From assembly GCF_964355755.1 (NCBI RefSeq), contig NC_092671.1:7316001-7380000 (forward strand): DNA of 64,000 nt. The letters are read 5' to 3'. A model generated the notes under the pieces. That model was not told where the DNA came from. It saw nothing but the letters and a program-made list of their open reading frames with translations, and did not search any database. Shown here piece by piece: positions 1 through 12,712 of this stretch. Within the stretch, counting starts at the first letter, position 1, and each line of letters starts with the position of its first letter. This DNA is from Antedon mediterranea. Its lineage: Eukaryota > Animalia > Echinodermata. Position numbers and translations under genes: made by a program.

Positions 1-329
1 TAACTAAATAGTAATTCCCATAATATTAGAGTCACAAAAGCTATTGACAAAATGACATTATGAAGACTGGTCGTTTATGATGTAGCCGTATTTTGAAAAT
101 AAGGAGATAATGCATGTTGATCTCGGGGGAGGATTAAGTGTTTTTGAGTTTATAAAATAAGTTCAATCTATTTATTCATACTGTTTTATTATTTTGCTAT
201 GAGTCGCTCACCTGAAAAGTTGGGGTGCCTAATTTAAGATTAGCAATAGTAACCCACTACTCTAATAGTAACCCACCCTAAAAAACAATCAAGAATATTA
301 ACCCAGGGTTACAATTAGAAGATTTACGG

Positions 330-890
330 TACTTAATACTATCATAATTTGACATGCGCAAACACACATTGTTCTGTGCATGTTACCTCAATAAACATTT
401 TGAAAAATTGATATTTTGGCTATTTTTCGTAAAAATCCTTATACCATAGCACAGCCTGGGATTTTTACGGAAAATGGCCAAAATCGACCCTTTTATTTAT
501 TGACATAACTGGTTACTAGATAATAATTAATATGCGCAGACTCACATAATGTGTTCTGTGCTTGTTATCTCAATACAGTATATATTTTGATGAGTTGATA
601 TTTTGGCAATTTTTGGAGATTTTTAGGGCCTAAATTGCCAAATTTTGACTAATTAATATATCATAATTTGTGTTCTGCGCATGTTACCTCAATACATATT
701 TTTGGCCATTTTTTTTATAATCCCTGTACTATAGTACAGGGATTTTTACGGAAAATAGCTGGAAAATTCTACCCTATTATTTGTTTACTACATAACTGGT
801 TACTATATATCATTGCACAGACGCACATCATTATTTTCTGTGCGTGTTACCTCAATGTATATATTGAAAAGTTGATAACGCAATATATGG
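330..890. repeat. Degenerate tandem duplications downstream of PHF14
   Basis: Four copies of TTCTGTGCATGTTACCTCAAT..(TTGATATTTTGGC) and two of GGGATTTTTACGGAAAAT..ACATAACTGGTTACTA. Confidence 0.6.
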
Positions 891-1125
891 GTATGCCTAT
901 ATATGGCAATATTATTGAATAAATTTGAAAATCCTGTTTTGGGTTGTCCAAAATATCTTTGCAAACTAACAAATGCAATGCTTAGCTACTAAAATCACCA
1001 AACATTTTCTTTACTCCAAGAACGCATTAATTTTCAGAATGTTTTTTTTTAATACAGTACATCAGTGATACTAAACTTTTTAAATTAGGAGGCAAATTCT
1101 ACATAGGAACCTGTGTACAAACACT

Positions 1126-4100
1126 TTAAGTAGCAACAGGTTCTTCATCATCAGCTATTGCCTTTGTAGTTGAAATTTCCTCCCCTTTAGAACCTTTCGC
1201 TTGTTCCTCCTCGTCTTCTGAATCACAGTCGGTGCAGAACCATTCATATCCTCGTTGTTTAGGACTCTTTTTCAGAGCTGGATTCAGACAGCCAAAGTGG
1301 TAACAATTTTTACACTTGTCACAACTGCATTAAACACAAATAAAATAATCTGGCAAGCTCAGATATTTACAAAATCTACTCGTACTGTGTTATGCTCTTT
1401 TTTTTTATAATACATGTTTAGACCATGGGAAATAAATGTAATGGTTCTTGTCAGCACTACTTAAAACTGCTTTTAATCACATGCACAGTGACGTTACGCA
1501 GAGGCCTGAGGCCTCTGGTTTAGGAACCCTAAGTGACCCTGGCCTGGAGGCCTTGGGCGTTTTTAGCCTTTTTCAATATATTTTAATGCATTCATAGCCG
1601 TTACGCCACTGCACATGTATGTTGTATCAACTGTAAACGTTGACATTACGGAAAGTCATATCCCCAGAATTTTATTTTTCACTGTCAATCTCAATATTTA
1701 AAGAAACATAGGTCATAGTAATTTACCCGGATAATTACATATAATTGGTCTATGAAGTCAAATTATTGATTAGGTTAACTAAATATGAACACACCAATAT
1801 ATGATGTTTTGCTTATAAGAACCATACCATCAATTTCCCATGGCTCTAACCAAACAGACATGCATTTAGGATTCAATATTTTAGCTTTTTCTAATGTTTT
1901 ACCATATATTCTATTTTCACCTTTTAAACTTTTTTCAAATTGTTATCCAATTCAAGTATTTTCTTCATTATGTGTATCTAGAAAATCCTATATGATAATT
2001 GTTATAAATGGTGTTGCTGTTGCTAGAAATTGTTAACATTATTATGTAACCGCTATTTTACCTGACAAGATTTGTAACAGTCCCTTCTTCACTACAGTTG
2101 GAACATTTGTTTCTTGCTTCACTCAATTTAGGTTTCTTTTTATTTTCCTAAAACAAAAATATTACAATATTTAGACTTTAATTTATAAAAAAAAAATAAC
2201 AATTAAAATTGAAAATTCAATATCTATATTGGGAACAGAAAAAATGGATTACGCATTAAGCAAAAATGGTAGCCAGTGGATGAGGCCATCTTTGAATTAC
2301 TGTGGAAACTTGAAGGGGAGCCTGTATTTTAGCATGAGTTTTCAATTAATATGAGGCCATGGATTGAAAGTTATGATATAATGTTTAACTCATACCCCGT
2401 CTTCTTTTATTTCATCTGCCTTTAATGCTGTTGGCTTCCTTACTCTTTTCCTTTTTCTTATTCTTGATCTGCTTACCTAAAGAAAATTAATAATTATTCT
2501 AATTTGTTGTTATTGTTAAAGCTTCCTTTAACTATGCCTGAAACGATCCTAATAAGATAAAAAGGCATGCAGCAGTAAAAAGAGCAACAAAACATGGATA
2601 GCAACATTGTATATACCTTTTTAGAAGGCATAACCTCTTGCGAGATAAATTTGATTGGTTCCTTGATAACTCTTCGTTTCCTTCGTTTAATATCATCTCC
2701 TTCTTCTTCATTTTCATGTGGAGATGTTTCACTTTCACTTGTGACACACTCTGAGCATTGCCTAAGACATCAAAATAGATGCACAATCTCATATAGGACT
2801 ATAAAGCCTCGTCTACACTGTCAAACTTTATGTGACAAATAAATATGATGTGCCCATTATATGGATATAATGTCAAATAACTACCATATTTGGGCATATC
2901 ACTACAATATTTGGACACATCACACTAGTTTGATAGTGTAGACAGCACTTAAGATGATGTTGCAGTCAAAGAGGGGATTATTAGGCACTGAATTCAGCAG
3001 TCAATGAGGTACTTACCAGGCACTGAACGCAGTCTTTTTTGGCATCCTAGTAAGTGGCGGGTCTAAGCAAGACAAGTGGTAATGATTCTTACAGGTGTCA
3101 CACTGGGCTAGTAGATGTTGGGAGTGATTCTTCTTACATATTCCACAGCTTTAAAAAGAAAAATTAAAACACATGATTTTAGTCAAACAAACACTGAAAC
3201 AGTGAATTAGCACAGGTGCACAAAATACAGTTTATTATATTGAGTTAAGCTTAACTTAATGGATAAATTGACCTACTTTGCAGTTTGTTATTATACACTT
3301 CTTGGCTACCTAAACAGAGTGATATGGTGTAATAATAAGGGATATCGGACTAACAATCATGTAAGAGGCAGTGGTTTGAAATGTGCAATATTATATTGAT
3401 TGTGGAAGGACAAGATATTTTACTCTCATTGCTTCGTCTTTCAGATGGGATGTAAAGCTGTTGGTTCACTGTATATACATTTTACATGTGCACGATAAAA
3501 TACATATATTAATAAATAGGAATTGAATTTACTTACAAATTAATAATTGTTGAAGGCGATTTAGCAGGGTCTTTTTTGGTGGGTGATTTTCGTGGTTTAT
3601 ATGGTAACAGTACCGAAGGAAGAGGTATTGGCTCTCCGCCAAATTCCGACAGTAATTTAAAAATGGCCTCTCCACTTGCTATCATCTTGCTGTTATCAAC
3701 ACGTAATTTCTCGACTTCAACTGTTAACTGGAGCAAAATGAAAATTAAATTATTTTACGTAACATAGATTATAGGTATATCACTATTGTTAATGACATTT
3801 GTCAAAAATTCTTCATGACAAAATCAGTGGTCTCACCTTGTCGTACTTTAATCTTATTATTTGGTTTTCACCCCGCATTTCATCATTTGCATTAATAAGA
3901 TCGTCAAGGTGACTCTTCATTTGGGTCATACGTGAATCACGATCTGTTAAAACAAGTTTACTAAATATTATTTTAATGAAGATTGAATTGTTTTATACTA
4001 AATCTCAGTAATAATACGATAAAAATCTAAATTTGTAATAAAAAAAAATATTGTTATAATAATAATAATAATAAACAGTATTTATATAGCGCCTAATGGA

Positions 4101-7100
4101 TCACTGACCCCTCTAGGTGCTTTACATTAGACCTTAACTAATGGTAATAAACTATCCCCCGCCAGACACCATTCCGGTATTTTTTAGTTATGCGTATAGA
4201 GTATAAAGTAACAATGTACACAGACGAGCAGTAACAGCAATTAAATATAGAATCTACTGTACGTTATTCGTTATGACCATTTTTCACTTACTGTTACCGC
4301 TCGTATGTGTAAATTGGCCTTAAGGCAAACTGTGAGATTTTAATTATTAACGCTTATTATTACCGTTTCCATGAAAATAGACAATTTTGATTACCTAAAT
4401 AATAATTGATAAAATCTGAACTAAAAGCGGGCGGTACATTCCATTTTCTCGAGCCATCCGACCTTTCTTTACTCTTCTGAGGTCGATCCGTACAGAATCC
4501 CAGTAGTTCCGCTTTCCTCATCAGTCTCCGACATGCCGAAGCACTGGTCACCAACATTCTAGGAGTTTTTTGTGGAGGTGTCCATGGGGCAGGCCAGTTC
4601 TTCTTTCGGTCCATGTATTTCTTGCGTGATTTCTGTAGTTTTTCGGTAATTCTCTGCACAGTTATTAGGTCACTGGGTTTGTTCTGACTGTGAATCTTAA
4701 GGTGGGATTGTACTGCTAACCAGTTTTGACGTTTTCGCTTCATGCTTTGTTTATCTGCATGCAGTTTACAGTATGTATAAAATGGGTCTGCAATGTCCTT
4801 TTAAAAGAAATCAATATTATTTTCTATATATACAAGAAACTGTATTTATATGTTTTATTTGTGATATAATATATATAGTAATAGTATAATGTAATTTAGA
4901 ATTAAATGTAGGGAAATAATGTTTGTGTACCAACGACAAGTACACTGGGGTAACCCCTACTTCACTCAAAACACACATACTATACTATATTTATATAACT
5001 TCGAAATCAACAATCAAACTAAAATATAGAAACCTTTTTTTAATATGTGTGATATGCATGGTATTATATTTATTCTTATATACTGTAACAACTAAAATGC
5101 ATCCATAAAAACACCATGGAATGTAAACAAACTTTTGTTATATCTATCAGTTCACATATTTTTCAATATAATCCTAAATTGTGGCCACAATTATTTACAT
5201 ACCTCTTCAGGTGATGCTTCAGACAGCAAGCCTGCCCTCTGTGCACTGTGAAGCAAACAATGTGTAAAACTAAATAAAATAATATAATGTAAAATATACA
5301 ATTAAAATTACTTAACGTAAGCTTAACTTGAATTAATAATATGTATTTGTAGTGCTTGTTGTCACTGAAAGTACCTGTGTTTTCATTAATCCAAATGCTG
5401 AATATGGCCATTGAAACAACATATAAAAGAATAAACTTGTTTTAAATAGCAAACTAATTTATTATTTATAAATAATAATAAATAATGCTATATTTGTTTT
5501 CCAAAACAAATAGAATAGACTCACCAAGTAGCGTGCGAATAGTTACGACACATTCCAGCATCACATGGTATACAGACGCCAGTGTAACTAAACCTCTCAT
5601 CTTCACAGTAACAACATTGCTAAGTAAATTCAATGTATGTTATTTAATAATCCGTTTTATAGAAGTATTTTATAGTTGTTAATAGGGAGGTTTCGCAACC
5701 TTACGAATATGATAACGAAAACGGATACGTCACACATTTGTGAAACTTTTGAGCTGATCCCCATTTCATATTCGTAAAGCGTATTCGTGTTGACGAATAT
5801 CACCAGTCATATTCGTAACGACAAAACGAGTATAGTTTTTGATCTATTTTGCACATTTTGCATTTGAATTAGGAATGTTCATGATTATAATATAATTATA
5901 GATTTATTGAAAGTATTTACTAAAGTAATTTACTAAAATGCCAGGTCAATTTTGATAAATAGCAGTTTTTAAAGTCCTCACTCGCTTTGATGTTACGCTA
6001 GGCCTAGGCAGCCAAGCACCAAGCAACACGTACCTGCGCTTCGCTCAAATTTACCGCAGTCATATTTTGGACGCGCCTCAATATTTCGTTGCCATGCGAA
6101 ACAGATTTTTTTATGGCTTACGAAAACGAATACGTGTGCGTGACGTATCCGTTTTCGTTATCGTATTTGTAAGGTTGCGAAACCTTCCTAATAACTAGTT
6201 TCGTAAACTACTGTAATATATGGACACTTGTTTCTATGTTTTCATTTATTTCAAGGACAATATCTACACTATCAAACTTTATGTGACAAAAAAATGTGAT
6301 GTGCCCATATATGGACATGATGTCATAACTACCATATTTGTGTATATCACTACCATATTTGGGCACATCACAGTATTTTTATAGTGTAGACAGAGCTTTA
6401 CAAGGACATCCTCGTCCCCCGCTCGCATTTAAAGCATTTAAACACAATTAAAGTCAAACATTTTTCTCTTTAAATAAATTTATAAAACCAGACATCATGA
6501 ACATTGGAAACTCCCCCAATAACAAAGTTTAGTGCAAAAAGTCTCCATTTCTTTCCTTTTACAATGCAATCTGATTTTCAGATTCAGTCTTACCCTAGCA
6601 CCCCATTTTGAAGGCTGAAGTTCGGATAAAGTAACAGGACTTAGTTTTTCAACATCTCCAAATGCAACACCACCAATGTATAATGCACATACTAGATGTA
6701 CCCACCTAAACAGTACAAGAAATATAAACAAATAGTCATCCACATATTTATATAGTACACATACTACTGTAACACTAATAGTTAGGCCGTGTTGAAGAAT
6801 TTGCTCAGAGCTGATGATAGATATTTGTTGTCTATTTACAGTGTCTGAAAACACTTTTTAAACTACATACTTTCCTGCATCTGTTTCCTTGAATATTCCA
6901 CCAGTGTTTGGACACAATTCACAGCTCTAAAAAAAAAATGTTATTTAATTGTCAAATAAATAAGGCCTAAGGTTTGTTTGCTATCCGAATCTATGAGAAA
7001 GTCAAGAGACCAAGCTATCCAAACCAACAGGGATAAAAATTATACAAAATGATATAAAAAGAAAAATAATTAAGTCTATGCACACTTTGGCCAATAATCG

Positions 7101-9203
7101 CTCTGATTGGGAGTCGAGTCTTGTTAAGTGTGCTATGTTGCATGATGTTCAGCATTCATGATGATGATGTAGCCAATGTGGGATGAGAATGCAAAATTTG
7201 AATGGCAGGGTATAGAGAAATAAAAACATTTGTATGGATTTATAGGCTATATTGTAACTGGGAAAAGACGTTTGTAATATTAGTTTTATAAACAGTAGTG
7301 AAATTTGAATTACAGTACTGTTTAGTATATACAATATTGAAATGACTTCACCCAGTCGTTTATAGGTACAGTACAATGTAAATCCTTGTTATAGGTACAG
7401 TACAATGTAAATCCTTGTTATAGGTACAGTACAATGTAAATCCTTGTTATTTTTGTGAAAACTTGTGCACACTACAAAACTTCATATTTATAACTAATGA
7501 TCACAGTTTATACAAAAAATGAGAATCAAAATAGTATGAATATAATAATCTAATCAATAAATTTATTATAATTTGCAATAAAAACAATATTTTCATAATA
7601 ATTTGGAATCAAATAATCAAATAAACATGTTCTTACCGGTTTGTCTATGCCCGCCTTACAGAGATCACAGAACCAGGGTTCAGTTGAACTATCCGTCTCA
7701 ACGCTACTCGTGTCTTCGCTGTCATCACCATAGCAACTCTCATGCACTGGTATCCCACAATTATCACATTCAATGATTTCATCATTGTCTTTGCTAAGTA
7801 AGAGTAGACAATATTATGTAGTGAGAAGGTCTATTTATCAGTATAATGTAATACAGTAATTAAATATGAATAATTAAAATAAATAAATAATTTACCTAAC
7901 TTCTCCAAGACACACATCACAGATCAGCACCTTAATAGCATCATGTTTTGAGGAGAAATTAGAAAGGCTCTATACAAAGAAAATATAACAGAAAATTAAT
8001 ACCAAATTCCTATATACCTCTATTAACTAAAAAAATTAATAAAATTAATTAAATAACCTGTATAAAGGACTACAGCTTTTATTAACAAATATTTAACACT
8101 TGAGAAGGTCCCTGAATATCAATGAATATCAATTAAACCACCCCACAGGACTAGACTGGAAGGGTTACCCTCTATGAAAATGGTTGGGGGAAATTACCAT
8201 TTCTTTAATTTTTCTTGACTCTGCCTTGAGGATCATATCAGAGACACTGAGATCTTTATCAGACTCTGAGTTATCTGTTCCTTCATCGCTATCATTATCG
8301 TCGGCTGATGTGCTATCACCTCCCTCTTCATCAGTTTCCTCATCAGTCGCCTCGTCTGATTGGTCAGATTTATCTAATAATAATATGGAAATATTACATA
8401 TTTACAATAATGGTTAATAAAATAATACCAACACAATAAGCTATATATATTTAATATTTCTTACCTTTCTCTTGCACTTCAAAGTCACTATCATCCTCGC
8501 TGTCATCCAATCCAAAGTCAAGCTGAAGTAGGTGGCGCTCTACTGGTTTTACCCTTCTTTTTCTTGGGTCTCTTTCCACTTTCAAAAGAAAAAAACATAT
8601 TGTTGTTTAGAACAAAACCAGGCCTAGCCTATCACTTATCCTATTACTAAAAATTGTTGACTGTGCCTGTGTTGAAGGTTATTTTTCTAATAAGATAACG
8701 ATAGTTAACCTAACCTCGAAACTTTAATATCAGCAGCAAATACAATACACCACCATTGACGCTTACTTAATTCAAAGATGGGCCTTTGTATCTAATAATT
8801 CAATGATCCCTAGTACAATTCCTTTGTATTGTTAAGAGACAACTACAAGTTAACAAGTCAGTAAATAAGTAAAACAGTACAACCTTGAATAGGGATACCT
8901 TCAGGAGCCAACAAACAAACTGTCTGTCTCCTAATACTGTGTCACCTGCTAACCAGTTCATTAATCGTAGTATAATAATTATATATATATATATATTGTA
9001 GATAGGGGTTAGAAAAGGTTTTTTGCTTTGCTTTAATCCAATCTTGTGCATTTTTTAAATCAGAATCTATTTCAATATGTTTGTTTATTGAATTTGTATC
9101 AGGTGTATTCTCATTACAACTTACTCATGGTTCTAAATAAAAATCCAACTCCTTCTTCTTCAGCATTTCCATCAATTGTTGGTGAAATTTCACTCTGCTC
9201 CAT
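1126..9203 (-). CDS. PHF14: PHD finger protein 14, ~17 coding exons (approx. 9203-9125, 8578-8465, 8372-8198, 7969-7896, 7793-7637, 6926-6871, 6705-6594, 5619-5525, 5245-5203, 4797-4395, 3943-3838, 3727-3537, 3148-3017, 2761-2635, 2477-2396, 2147-2062, 1324-1126)
   Basis: GT-AG exons splice in frame to give MERDPRKRRVKP..DDSEDDSDF; PHD1 LICDVCLGEVSKDNDEIIECDNCGIPVHESCYG..STEPWFCDLCK; extended PHD CELCPNTGGIFKETDAG/WVHLVCALYI/CCYCEDERFSYTGVCIPCDAGMCR; PHD3 CGICKKNHSQHLLAQCDTCKNHYHLSCLDPPLTRMPKK; PHD4 CDKCKNCYHFGCLNPALKKSPKQRGYEWFCTDC; TAA at 1126-1128. All are recognisable PHF14 motifs. Confidence 0.95.
1486..1611. mobile_element. hAT-type MITE
   Basis: TIR CAGTGACGTTACG / CGTTACGCCACTG; 8-bp TSD CACATGCA / CACATGTA. 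Confidence 0.7.
2805..2949. mobile_element. PIF/Harbinger-type MITE family A copy
   Basis: TIR AGC(T)CTGTCTACACT(A)TCAAACT..AGTTTGATAGTGTAGACAG, internal palindrome TGTGATGTGCCCA..TGGGCACATCACA, TAA/TTA flanks. Confidence 0.75.
3322..3500 (+). mobile_element. Old tRNA-derived SINE with Nin/Deu-like core (degenerate)
   Basis: A/B-box-like TGGTGTAAT..GGTTTGAAA followed by GTCTTTCAGATGGGATGTAAAGCTGTTGGTTC..GTGCACGATAAAA. Confidence 0.4.
4056..4125 (-). mobile_element. L2-type LINE/SINE 3' tail fragment
   Basis: Minus strand GTAAAGCACCTAGAG..AGGCGCTATATAAAT..(TTA)n; similar tail at 14353-14415. Confidence 0.5.
4205..4323. mobile_element. Small TIR element (Harbinger-like)
   Basis: TACACAGACGAGCAGTAACAG / CTGTTACCGCTCGTATGTGTA inverted repeat. 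Confidence 0.5.
5684..6189. mobile_element. 506-bp non-autonomous DNA transposon with ~50-bp TIRs, AAT TSD (Pangu/Harbinger-like)
   Basis: AGGGAGGTTTCGCAACCTTACGAATATGATAACGAAAACGGATACGTCAC versus GTGACGTATCCGTTTTCGTTATCGTATTTGTAAGGTTGCGAAACCTTCCT; AAT at 5681-5683 and 6190-6192. Confidence 0.8.
6261..6397. mobile_element. MITE family A copy
   Basis: Same TIR and internal sequence as 2805-2949. Confidence 0.75.
7360..7450. repeat. 29-bp tandem repeat x3
   Basis: TTATAGGTACAGTACAATGTAAATCCTTG repeated. Confidence 0.9.
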
Positions 9204-9778
9204 AATTTTTTGAAATCAAAAGAACCTATTTTATCTGAGGAAAGATTTAAATACATACAATATATATAAATCTGATTGTAGCTCTTTTGTTATGCACAGA
9301 ATTTCACATTGCACATGGATTTTCTTGGCTAATTGCAGGAGGATTTAAAATTGCCAATTATTCTTGTGCATGAAAATCCTTGCACATCTATCTAGGCCTA
9401 GGCCTACATTTAAAAACTATTATTATTAACTAAAAATAAAATTGCACGCACTATTTATTAAAATTTTAGGCCTAGCGCCAGGAGCAATGGCATCTCAAAA
9501 TATTTTATAAGGTTTAATTGATTAAAATTGAAAATTGTAAACATTATGTTTAGGCTAGGCCTACAACGTTGCTTGTTGATTCCCTAGATTCCAGCCATAT
9601 ATAAAGTGAAGAGAGAGCGAGAGCGAAGAAGCATCTTAAGTTTAACAAATCAGGGGGCCTAGAATAGATTAGACTGAGTTTGAAATGTCCTAGACCCTAT
9701 CACACATTGTTTTAAGTTAAATTCTAATAATATATGTTATAAACTTCAGAATAAATATCTTTCCTGCATTTTATTTAC

Positions 9779-10122
9779 CTTTGGAATGATGAAAATGGGA
9801 CAAAAGAAAAAAAAAACAATTTTCACGAGCGAGTTTTTTCTAGCGTATCAAATGACCTTCATAATATAAAATTTATATTATTTCATTACATTTTATTTTG
9901 TATAGATCTAATACATTTTTTTAATTAAATTTCAAATAATTCATATTATTATCTAATTTTATTTGTTTGAATTGATTATATAAAGTAAAATCAAGTGAAT
10001 TTAATTAAAATATTTTAAAATATTCTTGTTGACTAAACGTGACCTGAGCTCCGACGCCATTAAAAATTGTTAAGCGAACGGCGAACGTTGTCGGAAGAAG
10101 TTGCAATTATTAATCCACAATT
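9779..10122. promoter_or_regulatory. Probable bidirectional promoter between PHF14 (putative non-coding first exon with donor at ~9778) and NDUFA4
   Basis: Divergent gene orientation, minus-strand donor-like AG|GTAAAT at ~9778, and local CpG-richer patches near 9826 and 10037-10095. TSSs are not directly visible. Confidence 0.5.
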
Positions 10123-11252
10123 ATGCCGTTTATGCAAGGACTGTCACTAAAAAGTCTAAGGCACCATTATTCGGTAACTATATACTGGTTATTTAATTAT
10201 CTTATAATAAATTAATTGTTGACAAAATGGTACTAATCACCAAATGAACAGAGCCCCTCGGGCCTCTCTAGTTAGCCTAGGCCTGCGGACGACAGGTGCG
10301 AAACGGAACTAGCGCCGGCCTGCGGCCCTAGGTAGGATCCGGTAGGCTATCCGGCTAGCTAGTAGGCCTAAACGGGACATACTGTATTAATAGGGCCTCG
10401 CCTAGTGGAGTGTCCCTAGCTACTCGCTACTCTAGTAGGCGCCCTCTACTTTCTAGGCCTAATAACTATTAGACTGGACTGGCTACATCACATTGTAATA
10501 CGATAAATTCTTACTAATACTACATTATATTAATAATGAGTAGGCCTATAAACAAAGCAATTATTTATTGTACAGAACAGCAGCAGGCTAGAATAGAGTA
10601 CTCTACTCCAAAGTAGACCTAGCCTACTTAGTAGTACTAGTACTTCTAGTAGCAGCTAAGCATTTTTTTTTTACAGAATTTTACATTTTTTGAGTTATAA
10701 TATAAAATAACATTTAATTTTAATCTTTTCTAGTTGGTTCCTCTCTTTATATCTGTTGGTGCAGGAGCTGTATTGGCAGCATTTTATGTAGCTAGACTCG
10801 CAATCAAAAGTCCCGATGCCAGGCAAGTTTTTTCTTCCTTTTTACAAATATTTGACAATATTTGTCCTTTGAAATTTCCCTTAAAGTTTATTAATTCTTT
10901 TACAGTTGGGACAGGAAGAACAATCCACATCCATGGACTAAGATCAAAGCAGATCAGAATATAAAGGTATCCACATATGAATACAAACAAATGAAAAATT
11001 ATTATATTCAGTTTACCTTATATTTAAGTACCTTTACATATAGTGGTAGTGACCCCAATACTGTATACAAGATACCACAACACTGCCTTCTTTTCAAAGT
11101 ATGTAGCCAATACAATTTGTGCTAACTAAAACACCTTTTAAACAAAATACCATGTAATGTATTAAAAACATTGTTTTTTGTTGCAGTTTTTAGGAGCTGG
11201 CACAATACAATTTGACGGCAGAAAACAAGCATACCCAGACTACAAAGAATAG
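10123..11252 (+). CDS. NDUFA4: Cytochrome c oxidase subunit NDUFA4 (COXFA4)-family protein, 88 aa, exons 10123-10173, 10734-10822, 10906-10966, 11187-11252
   Basis: Spliced product MPFMQGLSLKSLRHHYS-LVPLFISVGAGAVLAAFYVARLAIKSPDAS-WDRKNNPHPWTKIKADQNIK-FLGAGTIQFDGRKQAYPDYKE* matches the family pattern (single TM helix, P-D-x-x-WDR-NNP-PW). AATAAA at 11372 and 11397. Confidence 0.93.
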
Positions 11253-12712
11253 ATTACAGCACAATTTTAGAGAATAACTAATTAAATTTATTAGAGTAAA
11301 TGCACAATGGATTGTTTATCAGATTTTTCATCTACATTCTACGCTACATGGTAAAAACCTCAGGAACACATAATAAATACACTGTATGTTATCAGAAATA
11401 AACGCTTATTACTGTACAATGATTGAATTTGTTTGCATGATAATCCTAGCAAAAATTGATAATCCTAGCAAAAATTGAAGTGGCAGAGTATTCAAATCAT
11501 TATTTGGTTTTATTGTTGAATTGAGTTGAAATAAAAATGATACAATTAACTATAGATTATATAAATTTCTTCTTTTTTTTTTTCTAAATGAAAGAAACAT
11601 TGTGTACTATTGTGTATCTTTCCAAGAATACATCATCATCATCATAAGTCTCGGATACCACCTTGATAGTTGAGGTGAACTGTTTTGTGCTAGCTTTCAT
11701 ATGCCACCAATTTCTTTTTAAGTTTAAACAAAAATTGTTTTAACTTTAGCTTATTGCAATGTTGTCTGGGAATTTTTCTAGACCGTTACTGTATTACATT
11801 ACAACACAGAAATCTGCAGTGGATACTGTATTTATGAAAACCCAAATACTGTATTTCCAGGTTGTTATGCTGATTCAGTAACTCAGTCTTAATTCTTTCA
11901 TTTGGTATTATTTCGTTTTCATATACATTTAAATTAAATTACATTAAAATGTTGTTTCAGTCCATGGAATAATAGTAGTTAAACAGAGTATAATATAAAT
12001 ATTTTAAAGATACAAAACTAAAATCATTTACATGTTATACACTACCATAATCCAAAAGCTTGTATTTATATACCTGGGACAAGATAGGCTTTTTAAATAC
12101 ATTAATCCTATTACAGCAGAATAACTCATTTATATAAAAACACTACATGAGTAGGATTGAGATGGGTGTGTTATAAAAATTCACCTAAAAATAAAATAAA
12201 AATTGAACTAAACGGCTTTTTTTATAGTAAAAAGTATATTGAAAAAAGGTCACCAGAAGAGTGTCGTGCTGGGCTACCAGAAAGGACAGTCCATTCAACT
12301 TTTATTAACATTTTATCTGTGATAAGTCAGAAATTATAAAGATGACAACAGCAAGGATTAAGATAATGTATATAAGAAGCATGCAGATAACAGTAGTTAG
12401 GTTTTCAAATTTAATACACTGCAAACTAAATTTCTATCGAGTGATACAAACATCATACTATTAACCATGTCAGGGCTAGCCCAAAATCTATAGTTTTATG
12501 GAAATTCTGGTTTTCAGTGTAGTGTGAGCAAAGTTTGGATCATTGTGATCGAAGTCTTAACTTCCTAGTTTTCAGTGTAATGTGAGCAAATCTTTCTGAT
12601 CGAAGTCTTAACTTTAGGAGTATTAGACTGTCAAATTTAATAGAAATGTATCATAAGCCTAGTGTATCTAACCATAGTATATGTATGCACTAATGTTAAT
12701 ATCACTATTAAT

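Noticed and set aside
11300-11307. miR-210/miR-147-type seed site in the NDUFA4 3' UTR (ATGCACAA)
   Set aside because: Imperfect seed match (needs a G-U pair), expected by chance; no miR-147-like hairpin seen.
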